Of a DNA stretch of 26,727 nucleotides, positions 10,001-18,518 are shown in pieces. This DNA is from Candidatus Hadarchaeota archaeon. Its GTDB lineage: Archaea; CAYQAE01; CAYVLA01. A program made the position numbers and the translations under genes. The notes under the pieces are model-generated. The model searched no databases. It was not told the DNA's origin and saw nothing but the letters and a program-made list of their open reading frames with translations. How positions within the stretch are numbered: position 1 is the stretch's first letter; the number at the start of each line of letters is the position of its first letter. The stretch lies in NCBI GenBank assembly GCA_964452145.1, contig CAYVLA010000011.1, positions 25,622 to 52,348 on the forward strand, written 5' to 3'.

Positions 10001-11035
10001 ATGACGATCCAGGATGACATAGCGGAGATGAAACTTGACAAAGGCGCAGTGATTCTCGCTCATAACTACCAGAGGCCCGAGATCCAGGACATGGCGGACT
10101 TCGTTGGGGATTCCCTTGAACTGAGCATAAAGGCATCGCGAGCGGAGGAGGATCTGATAGTCTTCTGTGGCGTCAGCTTCATGGCCGAAACGGCCAAGAT
10201 CCTGTGCCCGGACAAGAAGGTCCTCATCCCCCGACCGGATGCTAGGTGTCCCATGGCCGATATGGTTACTCTGCAGGACTTGATACAGGCCAAGGAGGAA
10301 CACCCCTCCGCGAAGGTGGTATCCTACGTCAACACGAATGCGGAGATCAAGGCGGAATCCGACATCTGCTGTACTTCAGCCAATGCAGTTGCCGTCGTCG
10401 AGTCGGTGGATTCCGATGAGGTGATATTCGTGCCAGACACGAACCTGGCAAACTACGTCTCCGGGTCCACCGAGAAGACGATCATCCCATGGAACGGGTA
10501 TTGCCATGTTCATGCACGAATGTCGGCAACAGAGGCCTTGCAGGCCAAGCAACTGCACCCGAACGCCATCCTTCTGGTCCATCCCGAGTGCACACCCGAA
10601 CTGATCGGGATTGCTGATCGAGTTCTGAGCACCGGCGGCATGATAAGATGCGCTAGGCAGTCCGGACCTCAGGACTACCTTGTCGCCACCGAGGAAGGCA
10701 TCCTCTATCGACTTCGCAGAGAGAACCCCACCTGCCGTTTCATGCCGGCAGGCACGCCGAGGGTCTGCCCGAACATGAAGAAGATCACGATAGGTGACCT
10801 GCACAACGCGCTAGCTGCTGGGCGGTACGAGGTGAACCTGGAGGAATCGCTCAGGCTCAGGGCCTCCAGGGCCATCAACAGGATGCTTGCCCTCTCTCAA
10901 GTGCCATCCCAGCATGCCGGCGTGGGGGAGGGGGACTTCTCCGCGAGTCAAACCCACATCCAAAAAGAACTTGGCCCCTATGCCCATGGTCTGAGGAACG
11001 GCATACGCCGCAAGGGTCGCGTTTGGCGCCAATGA
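10001..11035 (+). CDS. nadA: Quinolinate synthase NadA ([4Fe-4S])
   Basis: Motifs ILAHNYQRPEIQD.ADFVGDSL, FCGVSFMAE, CPMA, YVNT, CCTS, CHVH, HPEC and CPNMK. About 45 extra C-terminal residues follow RMLALS. Confidence 0.96.
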   Translation: MTIQDDIAEMKLDKGAVILAHNYQRPEIQDMADFVGDSLELSIKASRAEEDLIVFCGVSFMAETAKILCPDKKVLIPRPDARCPMADMVTLQDLIQAKEEHPSAKVVSYVNTNAEIKAESDICCTSANAVAVVESVDSDEVIFVPDTNLANYVSGSTEKTIIPWNGYCHVHARMSATEALQAKQLHPNAILLVHPECTPELIGIADRVLSTGGMIRCARQSGPQDYLVATEEGILYRLRRENPTCRFMPAGTPRVCPNMKKITIGDLHNALAAGRYEVNLEESLRLRASRAINRMLALSQVPSQHAGVGEGDFSASQTHIQKELGPYAHGLRNGIRRKGRVWRQ

Positions 11036-11100
11036 TTCCCAAACGGGGAAGGGTGAAGCCTTTCCGCAGGAGGGCCTTTGAGGGGCCTATGATGGCAACA

Positions 11101-11116
11101 TTTATTAACACTGTTT
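11101..11116 (+). promoter_or_regulatory. Promoter of the homocysteine-synthesis operon: TATA box TTTATTAA overlapped by operator TAACACTGTTT (11106-11116)
   Basis: One mismatch to TAAC-N3-GTTA, with the same geometry relative to the TATA box as at nadA. Confidence 0.62.
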
Positions 11117-11175
11117 ATTCGACCTGCTTATTATTCTGGCCCTGTGCCATTAGCTGAGAGGATTTGGTGGTTGTC

Positions 11176-12384
11176 TTGAGCAAGACCATCAAGGAGATAA
11201 ACGAGAGAATACGGGAAGGAAAGGCCGTGGTTGTAACGGCCGAGGAGATGATAGACGTGGTCTCCGACAAAGGTGCCGAGGCGGCCGCCGAGGAAGTCGA
11301 TGTAGTGACCACCGGAACCTTCGGGCCCATGTGCTCATCGGGGGCGCTCCTCAACTTTGGACACTCAAAACCCAGGATCAAGATGGGCGGAGGAAGGGTA
11401 TCGCTCAACGGCGTGGAGGCCTATGCAGGCCTGGCGGCCGTCGACGTCTACATCGGAGCAACGGCTTTGCCTTTGGACGACCCCAGAAACAAGGTTTTCC
11501 CGGGACAGTTCAAGTACGGCGGAGGACATGTCATCCAGGATCTGGTGGCAGGGAAGGAAATTGAGCTGGTTGCGGAGGCGTACGGAACCGACTGCTATCC
11601 GAGAAGAAGACTGGAGACGCTTGTGAACCTTGGGGACCTCAACGAAGCGGTTCTGCTCAACCCCAGGAACGCCTACCAGAACTACAACGTTGCCGTCAAC
11701 ACATCTGATCGAACCATATACACCTACATGGGTGTACTGAAAGCAGACCTCGGCAACGCAAACTACTGCAGCGCCGGACAGCTGAGCCCGCTTCTGAAAG
11801 ATCCTCTCTACGAGACCATTGGCATCGGCACCAAGATCTTCCTAGGAGGGGGTGAGGGGTACGTCTACTGGCAGGGAACTCAGCACAATCCGACCGTAGA
11901 CAGGACGGCGGCAGGCGTTCCCCGGGCGCCTGCTGGCACCCTAGCCGTCGTTGGGGATCTCAAGCAGATGGATGCTGAGTACCTAGTCGGGACCTCGTTC
12001 CTTGGCTACGGCGCCACGCTAACCGTCGGGCTCGGGATTCCCATACCCATGCTGAACAGGGATGTCGCCAGAAGGGCGGCGGTGTCGGACCCGGAGATAG
12101 TGACGCAGATAGTGGACTACAGCCACGACTACCCGGAGAGGAACCCTGCAAGCCTGGGCGAGGTCGACTATGGAACCCTCAGAAAGGGCAGCCTCTCGGT
12201 GCGCGGAAAGAAGGTGCCGACGGCCTCACTCTCCAGCTACGCAAAGGCAAGGAAGATCGCCAATACCCTGAAGACATGGATCGAAGAGGGAGACTTCCTT
12301 CTTTCGGAACCGGTCGGACGGCTGCCTTCTGTCGAGTCTGGGTTGAAGTTCAAATCCATGAAGGACAGGCCGTTCACGAGGTGA
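11176..12384 (+). CDS. Homocysteine biosynthesis protein / L-aspartate semialdehyde sulfurtransferase (DUF39, MA1821/MJ0100 family), without CBS domains
   Basis: Motifs KTIKEINERI..GKAVVVTAEE, DVVTTGTFGPMCSSG, AGLAAVD.YIGAT, YGGGHVI, TDCYPR, NPRNAYQNY and GTQHNP. Start is TTG 11176 (after GGTGG) or TTG 11164. Confidence 0.92.
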   Translation: MSKTIKEINERIREGKAVVVTAEEMIDVVSDKGAEAAAEEVDVVTTGTFGPMCSSGALLNFGHSKPRIKMGGGRVSLNGVEAYAGLAAVDVYIGATALPLDDPRNKVFPGQFKYGGGHVIQDLVAGKEIELVAEAYGTDCYPRRRLETLVNLGDLNEAVLLNPRNAYQNYNVAVNTSDRTIYTYMGVLKADLGNANYCSAGQLSPLLKDPLYETIGIGTKIFLGGGEGYVYWQGTQHNPTVDRTAAGVPRAPAGTLAVVGDLKQMDAEYLVGTSFLGYGATLTVGLGIPIPMLNRDVARRAAVSDPEIVTQIVDYSHDYPERNPASLGEVDYGTLRKGSLSVRGKKVPTASLSSYAKARKIANTLKTWIEEGDFLLSEPVGRLPSVESGLKFKSMKDRPFTR

Positions 12385-12394
12385 GGCTGAGAGA

Positions 12395-12859
12395 ATGGAG
12401 AGCCTGCTCATCCCCGCGTCACAGGACCAGGGCACAGTAAGGAGAAAGGTGGTGCTGGAATTCCCCAGATCCCTTCTCAACAAGCCGGTCATCTGGAATC
12501 TCTCGCACCGCTACGATCTCGTCTTCAACATCTTGAAAGCCAACGTCGACGACGGAAGAGGCCACATGGTTCTGGAATTGGCCGGAGATAGCTCACAGTG
12601 CGATTCAGGGGTTGAGTACCTCCGGCAGTTGGGCGTCGACGTGCAAGGCCTGACAGAAACAATCCGCCTAGACAAGGAAAGGTGCACCGAGTGCGGCGCG
12701 TGCCTAGCCATGTGTCCCACAGATGCCTTCACGCAGGATCCGGGAAGCATGGAAATCGGACTGAACGTGGAGGCGTGCATAGCGTGTGGAATCTGTGCCA
12801 GATCCTGTCCGACGCGAGCCTTGTCCCTGCAGGCAATCGTAGATGGCAACGGACCCTAG
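12395..12859 (+). CDS. NIL-domain + 2x[4Fe-4S] ferredoxin (MA1822/MJ0099-type partner of homocysteine synthase)
   Basis: NIL domain (KPVIWNL...YDLVFNILKA) followed by CTECGACLAMCP and CIACGICARSCP. Lies directly after the DUF39 gene. Confidence 0.9.
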   Translation: MESLLIPASQDQGTVRRKVVLEFPRSLLNKPVIWNLSHRYDLVFNILKANVDDGRGHMVLELAGDSSQCDSGVEYLRQLGVDVQGLTETIRLDKERCTECGACLAMCPTDAFTQDPGSMEIGLNVEACIACGICARSCPTRALSLQAIVDGNGP

Positions 12860-12917
12860 GTCCCGCGAATTGTGCACCTGTGTCACGGGAAGTACAAGAC
12901 ACCCTACAGTGATCGGC

Positions 12918-13937
12918 GTGGAAGACAAACCGAGGCCCAAAGCGGTGATCCTTCTATCCGGAGGATTGGACAGTACCCTCGCAGCCACGATCATGCAGCA
13001 AAGGGGAATCGAGCTGCTCGGACTCAACTTCATCTCGCCCTTCTGCCTTTGCGATAGAGTCAAGGGTTGTCGGCGCGTTGCCAGGGAGGTCGCGAGACGC
13101 CTCGGAATCCCCATGTCCACCGTTTCCCTGACAAGGGAGTATGTCCGCCTCCTGCGAAACCCAAGGTACGGATTCGGAAGCAACGTCAACCCATGCATTG
13201 ACTGCAGGATCCTCATGTTCAGGAAGGCAAGACAGTACATGGAACGAAAGGGATGCTCCTTCATAGTGACCGGTGAAGTGTTGGATCAGAGGCCCATGAC
13301 CCAGCGAAGAGGTTCCATGGCCGTCATAGAACGGGAGGCTGGCGTGCAGGGATTGGTTGTGAGGCCCCTCAGCGACGCCTTGCTCCCGCCGTCGACACCC
13401 GAGAAAGCTGGGCTCGTCAAACGGGAGTGGATGTCCGGCATTCAGGGTCGATCACGCAAGGACCAGATCGCAATGGCAACCGGATTGGGACTTGACTACT
13501 ACGCGTGTCCTGCGGGCGGATGCCTCCTCACCGATCCAAGCTTTGCCCCAAGAGTCAGAGACTTGCTGAGCCACGCCTCTGCGATCTCGGGAAACGATCT
13601 GCTTCTCCTTCGGTATGGCAGGCACTTCAGGCTTTCTCCGAAGGCGAAGGCCGTAGTGGGCCGCTGCGAAGACGAGAACGTGAAGCTGGGCAAGCTTGCT
13701 CAAAGGGGGGATATCCTCTTGGAGACGGTAGAGCACCCGGGCCCCTTGACCGTTCTGCGCGGCAGTATGACCGAGCAGGACATCGAAAGCGCAGCAAGGA
13801 TTCAGGCCCGATACAGCGATGTAGAAGAAGATGGTCTGGCCCGTGTGACCGTCAAACCCCCCCAGAATCAGGGCCTCTCGTCCCATCTAGTTGTCAGCCC
13901 GGCTTCTCGGAGCGAGATCTCGAAGCTTCGAATCTGA
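12918..13937 (+). CDS. PP-loop ATP pyrophosphatase, ThiI/MnmA-like putative tRNA thiouridine synthase lacking a THUMP domain
   Basis: Motifs SGGLDS, NPCIDCRI, TGEVLDQRPMTQ, PAGGCLLTD and GRHFRL. ORF is open from 12843; likely start is GTG 12909 or 12918. Confidence 0.8.
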   Translation: MEDKPRPKAVILLSGGLDSTLAATIMQQRGIELLGLNFISPFCLCDRVKGCRRVAREVARRLGIPMSTVSLTREYVRLLRNPRYGFGSNVNPCIDCRILMFRKARQYMERKGCSFIVTGEVLDQRPMTQRRGSMAVIEREAGVQGLVVRPLSDALLPPSTPEKAGLVKREWMSGIQGRSRKDQIAMATGLGLDYYACPAGGCLLTDPSFAPRVRDLLSHASAISGNDLLLLRYGRHFRLSPKAKAVVGRCEDENVKLGKLAQRGDILLETVEHPGPLTVLRGSMTEQDIESAARIQARYSDVEEDGLARVTVKPPQNQGLSSHLVVSPASRSEISKLRI

Positions 13938-14783
13938 GGAGTCCTTGCCGATGGTAACCTGACTCAGGCTACCCGTCCTGTAGCCTGACAGGTCGACGGC
14001 CACGAACCGAAATCCCAACGAATTCAGGCCTCCCACTACCGTTCTGCGCGTTTCGGATTCAACAAGCTGCGGGATTCTCTCGCAGTCCACTTCGATGCTG
14101 GCAATTTCGCCGTGATCCCGAACGCGTACTGTGCCAAAACCCAGTCCCCTCAGTAGTGCCTCGGCCTGACCAATCCTTTGCAGCCTCTCGTAGGTGATCG
14201 GGGAATCGTGCGGGATTCTTGAGGCAAGGCAGGCCATGGATGGTTTGTTCCACGTGGGGAGGCCGAGTCGACGGGAAAGGGACCTGATCTCTTTCTTTGT
14301 GAGCCCTGCTTCGACCAAGGGGCTTGACACTCCAAGTTCGATCACTGCCCTCCTCCCCGGCCGGTGGCCCTCCAGATCCTCGGCATTCGTCCCCTCTACG
14401 ATCATGTCGTACCCCTGCCTGGCTGCAATTCCCTCCAGATTCGAGAGGAGGCCTCTCTTGCAGTAGTAGCATCTGTCGGAGGGGTTCCTTGCGAAATCCG
14501 GATCCTCCAGTTCGTTATGGTTTATGACGATGTGCGGGATCGCGATAAGTCTCGCCAAGTCTTTGGCTTGTCCAAGCTCACCGGGGGCGAGCGTCGGAGA
14601 ATCCGCGGTAACGGCCAAAGCTCTCTCACACACCGACTTGGCAACTAGGGCGAGGAATGTGCTGTCAACGCCCCCCGAGAAGGACACGATCACTGATCGG
14701 TCTTTCAGAATGCTCTTGAGAACGAGGTACTTCGCGTAGGCATCATCGTCCTCGATCAGACCTTCGTCGAGCACGAGGCTCAT
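13887..14783 (-). CDS. larE: LarE-family ATP-dependent sulfur transferase (TIGR00268 type)
   Basis: Motifs FSGGVDS, NPSDRCYYCK, EGTN..D...RPG, KPSMACLASRIP, RVRDHG and DLSGYRTGS. ATG 14783 is preceded by GGTGA. Confidence 0.92.
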   Translation of the reverse strand: MSLVLDEGLIEDDDAYAKYLVLKSILKDRSVIVSFSGGVDSTFLALVAKSVCERALAVTADSPTLAPGELGQAKDLARLIAIPHIVINHNELEDPDFARNPSDRCYYCKRGLLSNLEGIAARQGYDMIVEGTNAEDLEGHRPGRRAVIELGVSSPLVEAGLTKKEIRSLSRRLGLPTWNKPSMACLASRIPHDSPITYERLQRIGQAEALLRGLGFGTVRVRDHGEIASIEVDCERIPQLVESETRRTVVGGLNSLGFRFVAVDLSGYRTGSLSQVTIGKDSSDSKLRDLAPRSRADN

Positions 14784-14796
14784 TCTGTTCACCACA

Positions 14797-15612
14797 TCAG
14801 TTCGCCACCCTGTACCGCGCCAGAAGGCCTTGGTGATCTCTGCAGTACTCAGGCTCACCCAGTTGCGCATGAAGCATCTCCCCTTGCTTGTGGGCGTTGT
14901 AGAGGCGGCATGTTGGCTCGGAACAGAAAGGTTCTCCCCATAGCGCGTACGCCAATGACTGCATGACGTATCCTATGGAAACCTGAGTTGTCTTGGGATC
15001 GCCGTACACCAAGCACTGGCCCGCAGCCCGGTCCAACAGGCCGCTCGAAGCAAGGCCGCCAAGTCGCCTTCTCATCCAATAGAATGCCGGATCTCGCGCC
15101 GGAGCTTCGACGAGGCCCGTAAGGGACACAAGCGAGGGAAAGCCGCAGACCACGGTTCTTAGATGGTACCTCCCATCGCCACTTCCACGGGTTGCCAGAA
15201 GCCTTTGGGTGAGAATGATGTGGGCACGGTCACTGGTGCGCTTATCTTCGTTCAAGTGATCCAACATGATCCTTTGAACCCGCAGCCCATCGTAGACGAT
15301 GCCGGGGGAGATGCGACCGGACATCAGAAGCCTTCTCTCATGACCGATCTCTGCCTGCAACGGGTCGTTTGGCGATCGACCCATGGGATCGTAGACTCGA
15401 CAGGCAGCGAGCTGCCGGGATGGATCGTACGCCTCACCAACACGGGTTGGGGCGATTGGGTTGGGACGCAGTTCAACTCTTCTCACCCCCACCTTGGTGA
15501 GCAGGTAGTCCGCGATAGCTTCTGGTTTGAAACCTGGATAGTAGCCCTCGGTATACAGGACAACCGTCATTTTGACGAGCCGTGCTTCGATGTCTTGTAT
15601 GTCACGCATCAT
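14797..15612 (-). CDS. DUF6775-like putative metallopeptidase-fold protein
   Basis: Motifs YDG, HIILTQRLLAT...DGRYH.R, GLVEAPAR and GEPFC....CRLYNAH.Q..ML.AQ. Start overlaps the thi4 stop (TGATG). Confidence 0.7.
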   Translation of the reverse strand: MMRDIQDIEARLVKMTVVLYTEGYYPGFKPEAIADYLLTKVGVRRVELRPNPIAPTRVGEAYDPSRQLAACRVYDPMGRSPNDPLQAEIGHERRLLMSGRISPGIVYDGLRVQRIMLDHLNEDKRTSDRAHIILTQRLLATRGSGDGRYHLRTVVCGFPSLVSLTGLVEAPARDPAFYWMRRRLGGLASSGLLDRAAGQCLVYGDPKTTQVSIGYVMQSLAYALWGEPFCSEPTCRLYNAHKQGEMLHAQLGEPEYCRDHQGLLARYRVAN

Positions 15613-16403
15613 CAACTGACTGCCTCTAGGGCTCTCAGCGCTGCCTCGGCCCCCGCCCTTCCGGAAGCCAGCATCGCTCCGAAGGTAGGGCCCATCCTGG
15701 GCAAGCCGTAACAGGTCGCCACCGCCATGCCCACAACAATCAAGCCTCTGTGGAGTTCCCCGGTGTGTTCAACGACCAAGTCCTCAGACTGCTCAACCCA
15801 CATGGCGCCGTAGCCCTTCAGCTCTACAAGCCCTCTTTCCTCCAGCTTCCGGGCCACGGCGGCCTCATGGCCCGTCGCGTCAATCGCGACCCGGCACTCC
15901 AGAGCAATAGGATCGACGCACGTTATCTCCCGGGGAAGGGCGGAAACCGGAGTCCAGTTGACAACCACGCCGGCAACCCTTCCTTCCTCCCTGAGGACAA
16001 GGTCATCGAACATGGTCATATTGAGGACGCTGGCACCTGCATCGCACGCGGCGGATATCAGCTTGGAGCAGGCGTGAGGACCATCAGCCACGTGGAGCCC
16101 GGGCGACACCTCAGCGTGAGGAATACCAAGCTCGTCCAATATTCCATCCGCTGGAGAGCGGATGGTGAGCTTGTTCATGAGGTAGCCCCCGATCCAGAAC
16201 CCTCCTCCGAGGTAGTTGTTCCTCTCGACGACAAGCACGGATATCCCCTTACTGGCAAGATCGCGAGCAGCCATGAGGCCGCTTGGTCCGCCGCCCACAA
16301 TGATGACATCAGTCTCCGCCTGCTTCCGCAGCATGGAGGCGAACTCGGAGACGATTGCTCTTGTGACTTCACTCTCCTTAACAGGCACAAAGGACAACGC
16401 CAT
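15612..16403 (-). CDS. thi4: Thi4-family adenosine diphosphate thiazole synthase, with Cys at the sulfur-donor position
   Basis: Motifs [34 protein letters not shown]...[14 protein letters not shown] and [16 protein letters not shown]. Likely start is ATG 16403; the extension to 16541 crosses the promoter and the cysE end. Confidence 0.95.
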   Translation of the reverse strand: MALSFVPVKESEVTRAIVSEFASMLRKQAETDVIIVGGGPSGLMAARDLASKGISVLVVERNNYLGGGFWIGGYLMNKLTIRSPADGILDELGIPHAEVSPGLHVADGPHACSKLISAACDAGASVLNMTMFDDLVLREEGRVAGVVVNWTPVSALPREITCVDPIALECRVAIDATGHEAAVARKLEERGLVELKGYGAMWVEQSEDLVVEHTGELHRGLIVVGMAVATCYGLPRMGPTFGAMLASGRAGAEAALRALEAVS

Positions 16404-16411
16404 CGCCCGAA

Positions 16412-16439
16412 TAACAATGTTAATGGGCCTCTTATTAAT
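16412..16439 (-). promoter_or_regulatory. Internal thi4 promoter: TATA ATTAATAA (16439-16432) with operator TAACAATGTTA (16412-16422) between TATA and ATG
   Basis: Exact palindrome 9 nt upstream of the ATG. The TATA lies about 30 nt upstream, consistent with a leaderless transcript. Confidence 0.65.
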
Positions 16440-16480
16440 CCTCTCTAGGCCGGACATGTGTGACCCAGCCGGCTGCAGAT

Positions 16481-17557
16481 TCAGGATCTCTGGGAACTCG
16501 TCATCCGGCCCGGTGTGTCTGCCGACCTCGCAGTCCCGCACGATCCTTCGCTGGATGCTCGGGACCCGTCGAGAGCCGCCCTCATGGAAGCCCCGTTGGA
16601 GGTATAGGTCTGATTGGCATCCTGGATGGAGACCTTGGTATCCGGAGGGATGGAATCCACAATCCAGCAGTTACCCCCTATTACGGAGTCATGGCCGATT
16701 ACCGTGTGTCCCCCGAGAATCGTGGCGCCCGCGTAGATCACGACGTTGTCCTCTATTGTGGGATGTCTCTTGCCCCCCTTTATGATCTTGCCTCTTTCAT
16801 CCTTTGGGAAGCTCAGGGCGCCCAGGGTGACGCCCTGGTACAGCTTCACGTTGTCTCCGATGATGGTCGTCTCTCCGATAACCGTGCCGGTGCCATGGTC
16901 GATGAAGAAGCTGCGGCCGATCCGGGCACCTGGATGTATATCAATGCCGGTTAGGCTGTGGGCTCGCTCGGATATCATCCTGGGGAGGAAGGGTACTTCT
17001 TCGGTGTATAGGACGTGGGCGATGCGATGGGCCGCGATCGCCAGGATGGATGGGTAGCTTAGAACCACTTCCTCGATGCTCTTCGCGGCGGGGTCCCCGT
17101 CATAGGCTGCCTGAATGTCCTCCCCGAGACGCTCGCGTATCTGGGGTATCCTTGCCAGGAGAAGGCTCGTGGCTTTGTGGGCCCTTTCTGCGCACACATC
17201 AACAAGGCATTTCTCGTCCTTCTTGCAGTCGTACTTGATGCACCTTTCGGCAAGATCCCTCAGGAGGTCGTATATGGAATGAAGGGCATTCCCAACAACG
17301 TACTGGGCATCGGACCTGCTGATTCCCCGCAGGCCGAAGTAGCCCGGGAAGAGCAGGGCAAGAAGCCTGTCGAGCAGGTCCGCCACCTCGTTTCTTGATG
17401 GTAGGTTCTGCTGTTCCAGCAGGTTTATGCCTCCGTGCTTCCTGTAGCTATCCAGGATCTCTTCCACATGCATAGGCAGCCTGAGGTCCCATTCCTCATG
17501 CGCCCCCGTTTCCGGATGAGGCATCTTGGTGCTGTTTTCCTTTGATGGCAAGGACAT
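16481..17557 (-). CDS. cysE: Serine O-acetyltransferase (CysE, EpsC-type long N-terminus)
   Basis: Motifs [55 protein letters not shown] and KRHPTIED; hexapeptide repeats. Confidence 0.93.
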   Translation of the reverse strand: MSLPSKENSTKMPHPETGAHEEWDLRLPMHVEEILDSYRKHGGINLLEQQNLPSRNEVADLLDRLLALLFPGYFGLRGISRSDAQYVVGNALHSIYDLLRDLAERCIKYDCKKDEKCLVDVCAERAHKATSLLLARIPQIRERLGEDIQAAYDGDPAAKSIEEVVLSYPSILAIAAHRIAHVLYTEEVPFLPRMISERAHSLTGIDIHPGARIGRSFFIDHGTGTVIGETTIIGDNVKLYQGVTLGALSFPKDERGKIIKGGKRHPTIEDNVVIYAGATILGGHTVIGHDSVIGGNCWIVDSIPPDTKVSIQDANQTYTSNGASMRAALDGSRASSEGSCGTARSADTPGRMTSSQRS

Positions 17558-17573
17558 TCCTCTCTGACTGTGG

Positions 17574-18518
17574 CTAGATCGAAACGGTCGGGACGTCAGA
17601 ATCGAAGAGGTCCGTGCTGAGATACCTCTCCCCGGTGTCGGGGAGGACCACCACGATCAGTCTGCCTGCATTCTCGGGCCTACTTGCCACGACCACCGCT
17701 GCATGAGCAGCGGCACCGGAGGACACGCCGCAGAAGAGCCCCTCCTCCACGGCCAACCTCCGGGTCATCGATCTGGCCTGTTCATAGTTGACTCTGATTA
17801 TCTCGTCTATGAGGTCCGTTCTCAAAATCTCCGGCACGAAGCCAGCCCCTATTCCTTGAATCCTGTGGGGCCCAGCCTTTCCGCCGGATAGGACGGGGGA
17901 CTCCTCCGGTTCAACGGCTACGGCCTTGAAGGATGGCTTCCTGTCCTTTATCACCTCTGCGATTCCGGTGATCGTCCCTCCGGTCCCCACGCCACAGACC
18001 GCGATGTCGACCCTTCCTTCCGTGTCCCTCCAAATCTCCTCGGCCGTTGTCTCCCGGTGTATCTTGGGGTTCGCTGGATTCTCGAACTGTTGGAGAAGGA
18101 GGTAGTTCGGATTCTCCCGCACCATGGCCTCCGCCGCCTCCACAGCTCCGCGCATCCCCTTGGACCCAGGCGAAAGGACGAGCTTGGCCCCGAGTGACTG
18201 CAGGATCTTTCTTCTCTCAACGCTCATCGTCTCGGGCATGACCAGAACCAGAGGGTAGCCCTTCGCCGCACACACGAAAGCCAGACCAATCCCAGTGTTG
18301 CCGCTCGTCGGCTCGATCAGGACGGTCTCGGGCCCAACCTTGCCCGCCTTTTCCGCCTCCCGGACCATGCTCAGAGCAATCCTATCCTTAACGGATCCCA
18401 GCGGGTTCCGGGACTCCAGTTTGGCCAGAACTGTTGCCCGGGAGTTCGCCGTCACCCGGTTCAGCCTGATCAGCGGGGTCTCCCCGATCGTCTGCGTCAC
18501 ATCACGATACACGCGCAA
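17574..18518 (-). CDS. cysK: Cysteine synthase A (O-acetylserine sulfhydrylase)
   Basis: Motifs NPLGSVKDR (PLP Lys), [37 protein letters not shown] and [13 protein letters not shown] start abuts the iscS stop. Confidence 0.97.
   Translation of the reverse strand: MRVYRDVTQTIGETPLIRLNRVTANSRATVLAKLESRNPLGSVKDRIALSMVREAEKAGKVGPETVLIEPTSGNTGIGLAFVCAAKGYPLVLVMPETMSVERRKILQSLGAKLVLSPGSKGMRGAVEAAEAMVRENPNYLLLQQFENPANPKIHRETTAEEIWRDTEGRVDIAVCGVGTGGTITGIAEVIKDRKPSFKAVAVEPEESPVLSGGKAGPHRIQGIGAGFVPEILRTDLIDEIIRVNYEQARSMTRRLAVEEGLFCGVSSGAAAHAAVVVASRPENAGRLIVVVLPDTGERYLSTDLFDSDVPTVSI

Noticed and set aside
13887..14783. Treating LarE as a second sacrificial-cysteine enzyme alongside Thi4
   Set aside because: The CxxC...C triad fits the [4Fe-4S]-dependent catalytic LarE type better.
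16404..16480. TPP riboswitch upstream of thi4
   Set aside because: The 77-nt gap is occupied by the TATA box and operator, and I see no TPP aptamer consensus.
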